From assembly GCA_026770705.1 (NCBI GenBank), contig JANJGN010000301.1, positions 496,001 through 560,000 of the forward strand: a stretch of 64,000 nt of DNA, in the 5' to 3' direction. Positions 63,890 to 64,000 of this stretch are shown here, piece by piece. Positions within the stretch are counted from its first letter, which is position 1. Every line of letters starts with the position of its first letter. The notes under the pieces were generated by a model, which saw nothing but the letters and a program-made list of their open reading frames with translations, made no database searches and was not told the DNA's origin. The position numbers were made by a program, and so were the translations under genes. Source of the stretch: Isurus oxyrinchus (lineage: Eukaryota).

Positions 63890-64000
63890 GTGAGCGGTGA
63901 GATTGAAGCAATAAGTTGTTCGATGTGTCTATTTCCAGTGTAAGTGTAAGGATCAATATTTACTATTCATTGTATTCATGGTCTACTCTGATTAGCAATT

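Overview
Cartilaginous-fish (shark; horn-shark-like) genomic DNA. The 3' quarter holds an apparently intact germline IgM heavy-chain minilocus on the + strand: leader (48378/48390-48435), VH (48565-48869) with 23-RSS, D1 (12/22-RSS), D2 (12/12-RSS), JH (23-RSS), a ~12 kb J-C intron and Cmu1-Cmu3. Cmu4 and the secretory/TM exons lie beyond the window. The upstream 48 kb is mostly a 27/54-bp satellite, CR1/L2/RTE LINEs, Penelope-like elements and SINEs. Many of the unique islands between these repeats read as decayed antigen-receptor V-domain relics that do not look like IgM VH. One is a clear TCR alpha/delta-type V pseudogene (3619-3911, -). Another is a TCR beta-like V pseudogene with leader (2303-2904, -). 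Each has a decayed 23-RSS followed closely by a strong CTCF motif. About ten fainter TCR-, IgL- and B7-like relics also occur, one about 0.65 kb upstream of the VH TATA-like box on the opposite strand. The J-C intron contains a stearoyl-CoA desaturase gene fragment, a 1-kb C-rich repeat, a 2-kb G-rich switch-region-like repeat and a 280-bp inverted templated duplication inside a CR1. All relic assignments come from by-eye motif matching and need HMM/BLAST confirmation.
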